DNA from: an uncultured Acidobacteriaceae bacterium
Lineage (GTDB): Bacteria; Acidobacteriota; Terriglobia; Terriglobales; Acidobacteriaceae
Assembly (NCBI GenBank): GCA_963699185.1
Contig: OY969419.1
Span: forward strand, 6,206,698 to 6,270,697
Length of the DNA stretch: 64,000 nt
Direction: 5' to 3'
Part shown: positions 29,496 to 36,599 of the stretch, one piece after another
Numbering within the stretch: the first letter of the stretch is position 1
How the letters are laid out: the number at the start of each line of letters is the position of its first letter
Program-made: the position numbers and the translations under genes
The notes under the pieces: model-generated
The model's input: only the letters and a program-made list of their open reading frames with translations
What the model was told of the DNA's origin: nothing
Databases searched by the model: none

Positions 29496-29841
29496 GTCTG
29501 GCAGCTCCGCAGTCCCCGCTGCCGATCCGCCCAAAAGTGCGCCTCGATTCAGTGCGATGCTGGCCACACTCCCTGTAACCCCCGTAGCTCCTGAAAGTTG
29601 TGTCGCGACGGGCCAGGTTTGGCCCGGTTTCTGCGGCTTCGCAATCGTTCCTGCCGGGGCTGGTTTTTGGCTTTCCCAATCGCGTTTTTTGCCGCCTGAT
29701 GACATTGTGGCTAACTGCCCTGCCACTCCAGTGTAAAACAGTATTATGCACAAGTCGCCCCAGCGCCGGCGGTTGGAATCTTGGGCTGAATTGACCCCAA
29801 TCCGAGTGGGCTCAACGAGCCGCGATGTAACATGCGCAAGA

Positions 29842-30495
29842 ATGCCTTTGGGCATCGTTTCGTGTCAGGGCACGGCTTCAGCCGTGCCGCTAAGCCCTGT
29901 ATTTTCTTCCCGAGCGGACTTTCGTCCGCGAGGCCCCGCTCTTTTCAGCAAGCTCTATAGCCCGAAAGTGTGTGCCGTCGCGCTAGCGTGGTTTTGCCTG
30001 ATGGCTGGATGCGTTTGTCAGTCCCGCGCGGCAACTCCCGCCCCGCAAGAGAAGCAGCCGGACGCTGCAGCACAGTCTCAGTCCGCGGCCCAGACCGAGC
30101 CCGCTGACCAGCCCGCACCTCAACCCATCGACCTTTCCGACGAGGTGATTCGCGACGTGCTCGACCACCTTCAGCGCGGCATTGAAACCCACGACCTCGA
30201 GCGTGTCCTCGACATCTTCGACCGCCAGAACATGAAGGACTTCGCCCAATTCCAGGACCAGATGGTGGCCTTCTTTCGCCGTTACGACAGCATCCGCTTT
30301 CGCTATCAGCTTCTGCAGGTCACGTCCGACAAAGACAGCGGGTCCGCCATCGCCGACATCGATATGGACGCCGATCCCAGCGACATCCTGCCGACTCCGC
30401 AGCGGCGTAGCACCCAGATGCGCTTCCAGTTGAAGCGCAGCCCCAAAGGCTGGAAGGTGGTCGCGCTGAAACCCGCTGACTTTTTCAACCAATAA
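29842..30495 (+). CDS. Hypothetical lipoprotein, NTF2/Tim44-like fold suspected
   Basis: Lipobox-like 'FCLMAGC' after a hydrophobic stretch, then a Pro/Gln/Ala-rich linker and a ~120-aa alpha+beta C-terminal domain. The start codon is uncertain. Confidence 0.4.
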   Translation: MPLGIVSCQGTASAVPLSPVFSSRADFRPRGPALFSKLYSPKVCAVALAWFCLMAGCVCQSRAATPAPQEKQPDAAAQSQSAAQTEPADQPAPQPIDLSDEVIRDVLDHLQRGIETHDLERVLDIFDRQNMKDFAQFQDQMVAFFRRYDSIRFRYQLLQVTSDKDSGSAIADIDMDADPSDILPTPQRRSTQMRFQLKRSPKGWKVVALKPADFFNQ

Positions 30496-30519
30496 AGATG
30501 CCTCGTCCGTTTACAAATT

Positions 30520-30636
30520 GTCATCCTGAGCGAAGCGCTCGCCTGGTACTTCCGACCCGCTTCTTTCGCGGGTCGGGCGAGCGCGGAGTCGAAGAGCCTG
30601 CCCTGAGCTTGCCGGAGGGACCTGCTTTTCTTCTCC
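30520..30636. repeat. REP-like structured intergenic element (family B)
   Basis: Conserved flanks are 'gtcatcctgagcg' (30520-30532) and 'ggagtcgaag' (30585-30594). They bracket nested stems 30535-30543/30576-30584 and 30553-30560/30568-30575. A second copy lies at 33358-33419. Confidence 0.7.
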
Positions 30637-30661
30637 CGTCGGATCGCTCGGTGCTGCACCC

Positions 30662-31099
30662 ATGAAACGCGACTATCCCGACAGACCGATCATTGGCGTA
30701 GGAGCCGTCATCGTCAGCGGTGATCGTGCTTTATTGGTCCGCCGCGCCACCGAACCGCTCAAGGGAGAATGGTCTGTTCCCGGCGGCGTCTTGGAGCTCG
30801 GCGAGAAACTCCGCGCTGGCGCAGCCCGCGAAGCCTTCGAGGAAACCAGCCTGCGCGTCGAAGTCGGCGAAGTGCTCGACGTCTTCGACAGCATCTTCAC
30901 CGACGATGACGGCCGCACGCAATATCACTACGTGCTGATCGATTTCCTCTGCCGTCCACAACCCGGAGAAGCCATCCCAGGCAGCGACGTCAGCGAGGTG
31001 AAGTGGGTGACTGAGTCCGAACTTGCAGCAATGGAATTGCGAGCTTCGATAGCGCAAGTAGTGCGCAAGGGATTGGCCGCCGCCCACAACGCTGGATAG
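30662..31099 (+). CDS. NUDIX hydrolase
   Basis: Nudix box 'GEWSVPGGVLELGEKLRAGAAREAFEETSL'. Confidence 0.9.
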   Translation: MKRDYPDRPIIGVGAVIVSGDRALLVRRATEPLKGEWSVPGGVLELGEKLRAGAAREAFEETSLRVEVGEVLDVFDSIFTDDDGRTQYHYVLIDFLCRPQPGEAIPGSDVSEVKWVTESELAAMELRASIAQVVRKGLAAAHNAG

Positions 31100-31152
31100 A
31101 TGGCCCCGATCCGGTTCGCCGGAAGCTCACGCCGCAACTAGCGCTTCGAGCC

Positions 31153-31173
31153 TTACTTACGACATGGCGATTT
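31153..31173 (+). repeat. 21-bp perfect direct repeat, copy 1 (ttacttacgacatggcgattt)
   Basis: Identical to 31909-31929. The flanks are also similar over roughly 60 nt. Confidence 0.9.
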
Positions 31174-31272
31174 ACCCCAACAATCCCGAAACCGTGACTA
31201 GAATGGAGACTTCTAGCGACGGGAGATGGACGTACAATCGTGCCGCTTTTGAGTCAAAAAGGAGGTCCTGCT

Positions 31273-31674
31273 TTGCATGAATATTTGAGACAGGGCAACC
31301 AACCCCCATCTGCAATTGCGAGGAATGGCTGGCGTTATCACCACATTGGTATTCCTACTCAAACCCCGCGTCCCGATGAGATTCACGTGCCCCGCCTGCA
31401 TATTCACGTGGCGGGATTTGAAACCAGTCCATTTGGCGTTCAGTGGATGCGATTTGATCCAGATGCACCCTATCCCGAGGCGGTCAAGACCATTCCTCAT
31501 GTAGCTTTCGAGGTAGACGATCTTGCAACTGCACTGGTTGGGCAGGAGATTTTGATTCCGCCGAACAGTCCGAGCGCGGGAGTCAAAGTGGCCATGGTCC
31601 TCGATCATGGCGCACCAATTGAACTAATGGAGTTTTCCCGACCCCAGGAATTGCAAAGAGAAGAAGCGTCGTAA
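31273..31674 (+). CDS. VOC (glyoxalase/bleomycin-resistance/dioxygenase) family protein
   Basis: 'YHHIGIP...HVAFEVDDL...IELMEF' pattern. TTG start with AAAGGAGG 7 nt upstream. Confidence 0.55.
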   Translation: MHEYLRQGNQPPSAIARNGWRYHHIGIPTQTPRPDEIHVPRLHIHVAGFETSPFGVQWMRFDPDAPYPEAVKTIPHVAFEVDDLATALVGQEILIPPNSPSAGVKVAMVLDHGAPIELMEFSRPQELQREEAS

Positions 31675-31908
31675 GCCAAACCAGAGGTCATGAGGCAGCC
31701 ATTCAGCGCAGGGCAAGAAAAACCGCTTTGCAGAAGGGCGGCTTCGCAGCTTGCATTCAAAACGACTCAAGTTTAGACGAATGCTCAATGTTCCGGAGGC
31801 AGTTGTGCTGATCCGGATTCAATTCTCTCTTGCCGTGAGGCTACAACGGCCAGTTGTCGTAACCAGGCCGTTTCGTAAGTTATCCCGAGTGGCGGCGCTC
31901 AGAGCGGA

Positions 31909-31929
31909 TTACTTACGACATGGCGATTT
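31909..31929 (+). repeat. 21-bp perfect direct repeat, copy 2
   Basis: Identical to 31153-31173. Confidence 0.9.
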
Positions 31930-32041
31930 TGCGACAACAACCGCATAGAATTCCCAAAAAGAAATCCCATCTGCTTGTTGGACTCCTCTGATAGAGACCG
32001 CGATAATTGATGTTGGAGTCCTGGGAAGGAAGTCAAGTCAC

Positions 32042-32452
32042 ATGCCGAAGGCGAAGGAGTTTACAGTAACCATCGCAGACAAACCTGGCGCCCTGGGGAA
32101 GTTCTTCCTCGCCCTGGCCGAGCGCGGAGTGAACATTCTTGCCTTTCAATCGTATGTAGAGGAGGGCGAAAGTCTGGCCCGATTCGTGGCGGATGATATG
32201 GCCAGCGCCATGGAGGTGCTGCGCAGCCTGCGCATGATCTTCGAGCACACGGACGTCGTCGTAGTCAGGCTGGCGCACCGTCCGGGTGAGTTGGGCCGCG
32301 CGGCCGCCCGGTTGGGTGAAAAGCAAATCAACATTGACTACAGCTACTGCGGACTGGAACCAGGCTCGACGCTCGCCCTATTGGTCTTCGGGGTTGACAA
32401 CTTGACTACCGCTGCGACCGTGCTCGACGAGCTAGCCGTCGAAAATGCCTAA
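32042..32452 (+). CDS. ACT domain-containing protein
   Basis: Two ACT-like halves: 'FTVTIADKPGALGKFFLALAERGVNILAF' and 'VVVVRLAHRPGELGRAAARLGEKQINIDY'. Confidence 0.6.
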   Translation: MPKAKEFTVTIADKPGALGKFFLALAERGVNILAFQSYVEEGESLARFVADDMASAMEVLRSLRMIFEHTDVVVVRLAHRPGELGRAAARLGEKQINIDYSYCGLEPGSTLALLVFGVDNLTTAATVLDELAVENA

Positions 32453-32510
32453 ACCACCGCGACCGGCTCGGCCAGGAATACGCAGATCAGCGTGGCAACA
32501 GATGGCCGGT

Positions 32511-32549
32511 GCCCCAGGTTCGCGCCGCGCTTTTCGGCGCTAACCTGGG
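32511..32549 (+). repeat. REP-like palindromic element (family A)
   Basis: 'gccccaggttcgcgccgcgcttttcggcgctaacctggg' has internal 14-nt arms with 13/14 complementarity. 32 of 39 positions match the reverse complement of 42600-42638. Confidence 0.8.
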
Positions 32550-32685
32550 TCGCTGGCCATTCACCACCACTGCCTGGTTACCCACCCCCCACCTTCGTAA
32601 CGTCCACCCGCTCTAGATCACAGACTTTCCCCTTGACACCTCCCTACCCTAAAAACTGGAGAACTATGCCCGGACGGTGGGTGCC

Positions 32686-32716
32686 CCATCCTTTCGCCGT
32701 TTTTGCGAAAGGGTGG
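32686..32716. repeat. REP-like hairpin (ccatcctttcgc / gcgaaagggtgg)
   Basis: 12-nt arms (11/12 complementary) with a 7-nt loop. It lies inside the spurious ORF 32492..32815. Confidence 0.6.
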
Positions 32717-32810
32717 GATCACTACCGCTTGGGGTGGTTCCACAATTTTTATCGTGCGAGCCGGCACAAACGATTCGGTTTCTGCCTTCTGGTTTTCGGT
32801 TTTGGCTTTA

Positions 32811-32877
32811 GCTAATTGTTTATTGCTAATTGCTAATTACTAACCACCAGCTACCAGTTGCCAGTCACCAGTTGCCA
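32811..32877 (+). repeat. Micro-tandem repeats directly upstream of the 32896 gene
   Basis: 'gctaatt' occurs at 32811, 32825 and 32832. 'accagttgcca' occurs at 32853-32863 and 32867-32877. The block ends 8 nt before the AAGGAGGAG RBS. Confidence 0.8.
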
Positions 32878-32895
32878 TCGCCAAGGAGGAGACTC

Positions 32896-33885
32896 ATGAA
32901 CGACTACAAAACCTGCACTCACGCCTACGACAGCGGACGCACCTGCAAATCCGCTGCCGCCACAGGCCGCGAATTCTGCGGCTATCACCTCCGTTATCGC
33001 GGACGCCTCCTGCGCATGGCTCAGTTCCGCGCCCGCCACCAACACTTCGACATCACCCTGCCGCCGCTCGATAGCCTGTGCTCCATCCAGTCGGCGCTCA
33101 GCCAGGTCGCCGAAGCCCTCGCCGCCGACATGATCGATCCTCGCCGCGCGATGGGCCTTCTCAAGGCGCTCCGCTTTGCCAAAAAGAATCTCAAGGACGG
33201 CCTCAAGGACGACAGCTCCCACTGGCACGACACTCCCTACCTCACCGAAGACGCCACCGCCTACGACAACTTCGAAGCCGACTACGGCCTCCCCAAAGGC
33301 ATCGACCTCACCGCTCCCCCCGAAGTCGCCTTCCCCCCACCGCCTGAATCACAAGGTGTCATCCTGAGCGGAGGCGGCGCGCCTTTTGCGTCGCCGGAGT
33401 CGAAGGACCCCTGTTTCTCGACACACCCCCCGCGCGGCCTACAATTCCCTTCCTTCGACCGCGCGCCTCTTATCCCCGACATCCCGGCACCCGTCGTCCG
33501 CGATTACACCGCCGAAGCCGAGGTCGCTATGTTCGAGTCCACGCCCGAGGACATCGAGTTGATGGAAATCATGAAAGAACAAGGCTACAAAGCCATGGAG
33601 CGTCGCGGCCGCGAGCATCAACGCCGTTTCGATCGCAAGAGGCAGCGCAAGCTCTTCCGCGCCAACTATGAGCGCTACGTCGCCGAAGCCAAGCTCAAGA
33701 ACATCCAACGCGCCGCCGAAAAACTCCTGGCAGAAAAACTGGCGGCCGAAAAAGCCGCCGCCCAAAACGCGGCGGCGCAGGCCGATCACACGAGCGTTTC
33801 CGCCGCAACCAGGAAACAGCCCACTTCCGACAAGGTCTCATCGGAAACAGCGCAACAACAGAAGGAGGTCACGTCCATCGCCTAA
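32896..33885 (+). CDS. Hypothetical protein with N-terminal Cys/His knuckle and Lys/Glu/Ala-rich C-terminus
   Basis: ATG preceded by AAGGAGGAG. N-terminus 'CTHAYDSGRTCKSAAATGREFCGYH'. C-terminal charged helical region 'KLKNIQRAAEKLLAEKLAAEKAAAQ'. A REP-like element lies in frame at 33358-33419. Confidence 0.55.
   Translation: MNDYKTCTHAYDSGRTCKSAAATGREFCGYHLRYRGRLLRMAQFRARHQHFDITLPPLDSLCSIQSALSQVAEALAADMIDPRRAMGLLKALRFAKKNLKDGLKDDSSHWHDTPYLTEDATAYDNFEADYGLPKGIDLTAPPEVAFPPPPESQGVILSGGGAPFASPESKDPCFSTHPPRGLQFPSFDRAPLIPDIPAPVVRDYTAEAEVAMFESTPEDIELMEIMKEQGYKAMERRGREHQRRFDRKRQRKLFRANYERYVAEAKLKNIQRAAEKLLAEKLAAEKAAAQNAAAQADHTSVSAATRKQPTSDKVSSETAQQQKEVTSIA
33358..33419 (+). repeat. REP-like element (family B) embedded in frame in a CDS
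   Basis: It has the same 'gtcatcctgagcg' ... 'ggagtcgaag' flanks as 30520-30636, with a shorter internal hairpin. It is translated as 'VILSGGGAPFASPESKDPCFS'. Confidence 0.7.
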
Positions 33886-33932
33886 GTTGAGTTGTCGAAT
33901 CGGAGTGGTCGAGCTCGCACGCCGGCAGAGCT

Positions 33933-34012
33933 GTGCCTTCAAAAGGGTGAAGTGCGCTTTCAGCGGGGCAAGTCACGCCTTCAAATGGGTGGAGTACGCC
34001 TTCAGGCGTACA
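33933..34012. repeat. REP-like cluster (family C, 'gccttcaaa' units plus hairpin)
   Basis: The 25-nt units at 33933-33957 and 33975-33999 match at 21/25 positions. The hairpin 'gtacgccttcaggcgtac' lies at 33995-34012. Confidence 0.65.
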
Positions 34013-34496
34013 TTGATCCGGCCCGTCCAGAATTTGCGCTTTAGCGCCCGAGGTAATTGGTCTTTTAGCTCAACGGCTATATAGCCGGCTGCCACGAAGC
34101 GGTGCTCCAACCCGCTCTGAAGGTGCCTAACTCCCACGGGCAGACATAGATAGCTATAACTATCAATAAAATGAATGACATACGAACAATTTCCGCCTAA
34201 CTCAATGAAAACAAAGGGGGGCGTAACAGCAAATTTGCCGAATCGTACGACATTTTTTTCGGCATGGGCGAAACCTTTGCTCTCCTCCGGAGTCCTATCT
34301 GGCATTGCGCGGGGTTCAGAAACCGGGGACCTTCACTTTCGTATGCGGCAGCCCGGGCCGCATCACAACGGACGAAGAAAAGGATTCCCTTAACCCGGGA
34401 AATCCGACAGAATGCTTCGCACGTATGTTGCATAGGGCCACAGTAGAGATCTGACATTCAGGTCTTCCAACTAAACCTTTAGAGGAGAAATCACCA

Positions 34497-34787
34497 ATGA
34501 CGAAATCGATGAAGTCACTCATGATGGGCGCAGCACTGGCGGGATTCATGGCGGGCAACACCGCTATGGCGCAGACACCGTCGTCCACCTCCAACAGCTT
34601 TTCCAGCAACCCGAATCTGGGCCAGTTGTCGACCTCCTTCTCGAAAGACAAGCACGCCTGCAAGGGCCAGAACTCTTGTAAAGGCAAAGGCGGCTGTAAG
34701 ACCGGCGACCAGGGCTGCAAGGGCAAGAACAGCTGCAAGGGCAAGGGCGGATGCGCGACTGACGGATCCAAGCCTCCGGCGCAGTAA
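34497..34787 (+). CDS. Sec-exported Cys/Lys/Gly-repeat RiPP precursor peptide (bufferin-2 / HvfA-like)
   Basis: 96 aa, with GGAG 9 nt upstream. Signal peptide 'MTKSMKSLMMGAALAGFMAGNTAMA'. An S/T/N-rich spacer follows. Two 'CKGxNSCKGKGGC' units give 6 Cys. The gene is immediately upstream of a DUF692 gene. Confidence 0.8.
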   Translation: MTKSMKSLMMGAALAGFMAGNTAMAQTPSSTSNSFSSNPNLGQLSTSFSKDKHACKGQNSCKGKGGCKTGDQGCKGKNSCKGKGGCATDGSKPPAQ

Positions 34788-34810
34788 CCTCGAATACCCT
34801 TTGATCACGA

Positions 34811-34835
34811 GGGCCGGAGCCGCAACGTCCGGCCC
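34811..34835 (+). promoter_or_regulatory. Stem-loop between the precursor and modifying-enzyme genes
   Basis: Perfect 8-bp GC-rich stem gggccgga/tccggccc with a 9-nt loop and no U-tract. It may be a partial terminator or an mRNA-stability element. Confidence 0.35.
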
Positions 34836-34872
34836 CCGCGATCAACGTCTGGTCAGTTGTCTTTGAACTCGT

Positions 34873-35715
34873 ATGCCTGCGAATCGCTTTAACGGCTTCA
34901 CCGAATACGGAGTGGGAATCGGGCTGCGGATCCCGCACTATAACCACATCCTCGAGCGCAAGCCGGTGGTCGATTGGTTCGAAATCATCTCGGAAAATTT
35001 TATGGTGGAGGGCGGACGTCCACTGCATTTGCTCGACCAGATTCTCGAGCAGTATCGTGTGGTGCAGCACGGCGTCTCCATGTACTTCGGTTCCGTGGAA
35101 CCGCTGAATCGCGAGCATCTGCGGCGGCTGAAATCGCTGGTACGGCGCACCAAGACGCCCTGGCTCTCTGACCACCTGTGCTGGGGCAGTGTTGATGGCT
35201 CATACTCGCACGACCTGCTGCCCATGCCTTACACCTTCGAGGCAGCCAAGAAAACAGCGCAGAAGATCCGCGAGGCGCGCGATTTCCTGGAAGTGCCCGT
35301 CGTGGTGGAGAACGTCAGCAGCTACGCCGAGTTTCACGCTTCCGAAGTGACGGAGTGGCAGTTCCTCACCGAAGTTGTAGAAGATGCGGACTGCGGAATT
35401 CTGCTCGACGTGAACAACATCTACGTTTCCTCGCGCAATCATAATTTCGATCCCTACGACTACTTGCACAACGTTCCTCACGAGCGGGTCGCGCAGATTC
35501 ATATCGCCGGGCACTCGAAGTTCGAGAAGTACATCCTCGACACGCATGACCATGCTGTGATCGATCCGGTGTGGAAGCTTTATGCGCGAGCGATCGAACT
35601 GACTGGCCCGACGGCGACGTTGCTGGAGTGGGACGATCACATTCCTTCGTTCGACGAAGTGCACGGCGAAGCCTTGAAGGCCAATCGCTATGTGCCCGAG
35701 AAAGTAGTCGCGTGA
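34873..35715 (+). CDS. DUF692-family MNIO enzyme (MbnB/BufB/HvfB-like)
   Basis: 280 aa. 'GVGIGLRIPHYNHIL...VDWFEIISENFM...HGVSMYFGS...SDHLCW...ENVSSY...LLDVNNIYVS...HIAGH' matches the TIM-barrel DUF692 pattern. Confidence 0.88.
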   Translation: MPANRFNGFTEYGVGIGLRIPHYNHILERKPVVDWFEIISENFMVEGGRPLHLLDQILEQYRVVQHGVSMYFGSVEPLNREHLRRLKSLVRRTKTPWLSDHLCWGSVDGSYSHDLLPMPYTFEAAKKTAQKIREARDFLEVPVVVENVSSYAEFHASEVTEWQFLTEVVEDADCGILLDVNNIYVSSRNHNFDPYDYLHNVPHERVAQIHIAGHSKFEKYILDTHDHAVIDPVWKLYARAIELTGPTATLLEWDDHIPSFDEVHGEALKANRYVPEKVVA

Positions 35716-36599
35716 TGGATCTCGACCGCATTCAGCGAAACATGTTTGACGCGGTGCGTCAGCCGCTGACCGCCGCCGAAAACATGCGGCAACGCACCAG
35801 CGATGGGCGTTCGCTGCGACATATTGCCGAGGAGATCATCAAGCCGAACGATCGCCTCACCTCGTTTGAGCGCCTGGAAATTTACAACCGGCAATATTGG
35901 TTCCGTGTGCTGGCTGCGCTGGCCGAGGACTTCGAGGGATTAAGGCTGATCATCGGCGATCGTCAATTTGAAAAGCTCTCCATCGCCTATCTGCAGGATT
36001 GTCCGTCGCAGTCGTTCACGCTGCGCAACCTGGGATCGCGTCTGGAGCCGTGGCTGCGTGCGCATCCCGAGTTCGTAGCTGGAGTCGAAACGATCGCGCT
36101 CGATATGGCGCGACTGGAGTGGGCGGAAATCGAAGCCTTCGACGAGGCATCGAAGCCGAAGCTGACGGAAGCAGACCTGGCCACGCTTGGCCCCGATCCG
36201 CAATTCGAACTGCAACCCTTTATTCGCCTGCTCGATTTGCAATTCCCCGTTGACGAAATGTTGCTCGCCATACGCCACGATCACCGGGAGAACGACATTG
36301 TCAGCAACGCCGTTGCGAGTAGTTCTGCGCGCAGACGTCCTCGCAAACGCTCTCTGCCAAAGCCTGAGAAGATTTTCCTGGCCGTACATCGCGCGGAAAA
36401 CTCGGTGTACTTCAAGCACCTCGACGCCGAAGCGTTCGGAATCCTGTGCGCGCTGCGCGATGGTAAGCGCCTTTCCGAGGCCGTCGAATTCGTTGAATGG
36501 AGCAGTCGCTCGGGCGAACAAGCGGCTGAGAATTTGCAGAGGTGGTTCGCGCTCTGGTCCTCTCTGGGCTGGTTCTGCAAAACGGAACAACATTCATGA
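35715..36599 (+). CDS. DUF2063-family partner protein (MbnC/BufC/HvfC-like)
   Basis: The ATG shares one nucleotide with the DUF692 stop (TGATG). N-terminus 'MDLDRIQRNMFDAVRQPLT...YNRQYWFRVLAAL'. Its size and position are those of the MNIO partner subunit. Confidence 0.75.
   Translation: MDLDRIQRNMFDAVRQPLTAAENMRQRTSDGRSLRHIAEEIIKPNDRLTSFERLEIYNRQYWFRVLAALAEDFEGLRLIIGDRQFEKLSIAYLQDCPSQSFTLRNLGSRLEPWLRAHPEFVAGVETIALDMARLEWAEIEAFDEASKPKLTEADLATLGPDPQFELQPFIRLLDLQFPVDEMLLAIRHDHRENDIVSNAVASSSARRRPRKRSLPKPEKIFLAVHRAENSVYFKHLDAEAFGILCALRDGKRLSEAVEFVEWSSRSGEQAAENLQRWFALWSSLGWFCKTEQHS

Noticed and set aside
32492-32815. 107-aa ORF in the ACT-to-hypothetical intergenic region
   Set aside because: Its sequence is made of REP-like palindromes (for example 'VPHPFAVFAKGWD' comes from the hairpin at 32686-32716). 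It has no RBS and is most likely non-coding.
34316-34771. 151-aa minus-strand ORF overlapping the RiPP precursor gene
   Set aside because: It is antisense to the small ORF that has an RBS, a signal peptide and the expected genomic context. Its repetitive 'PLPLQ' translation simply mirrors the Cys/Lys/Gly codon repeats.
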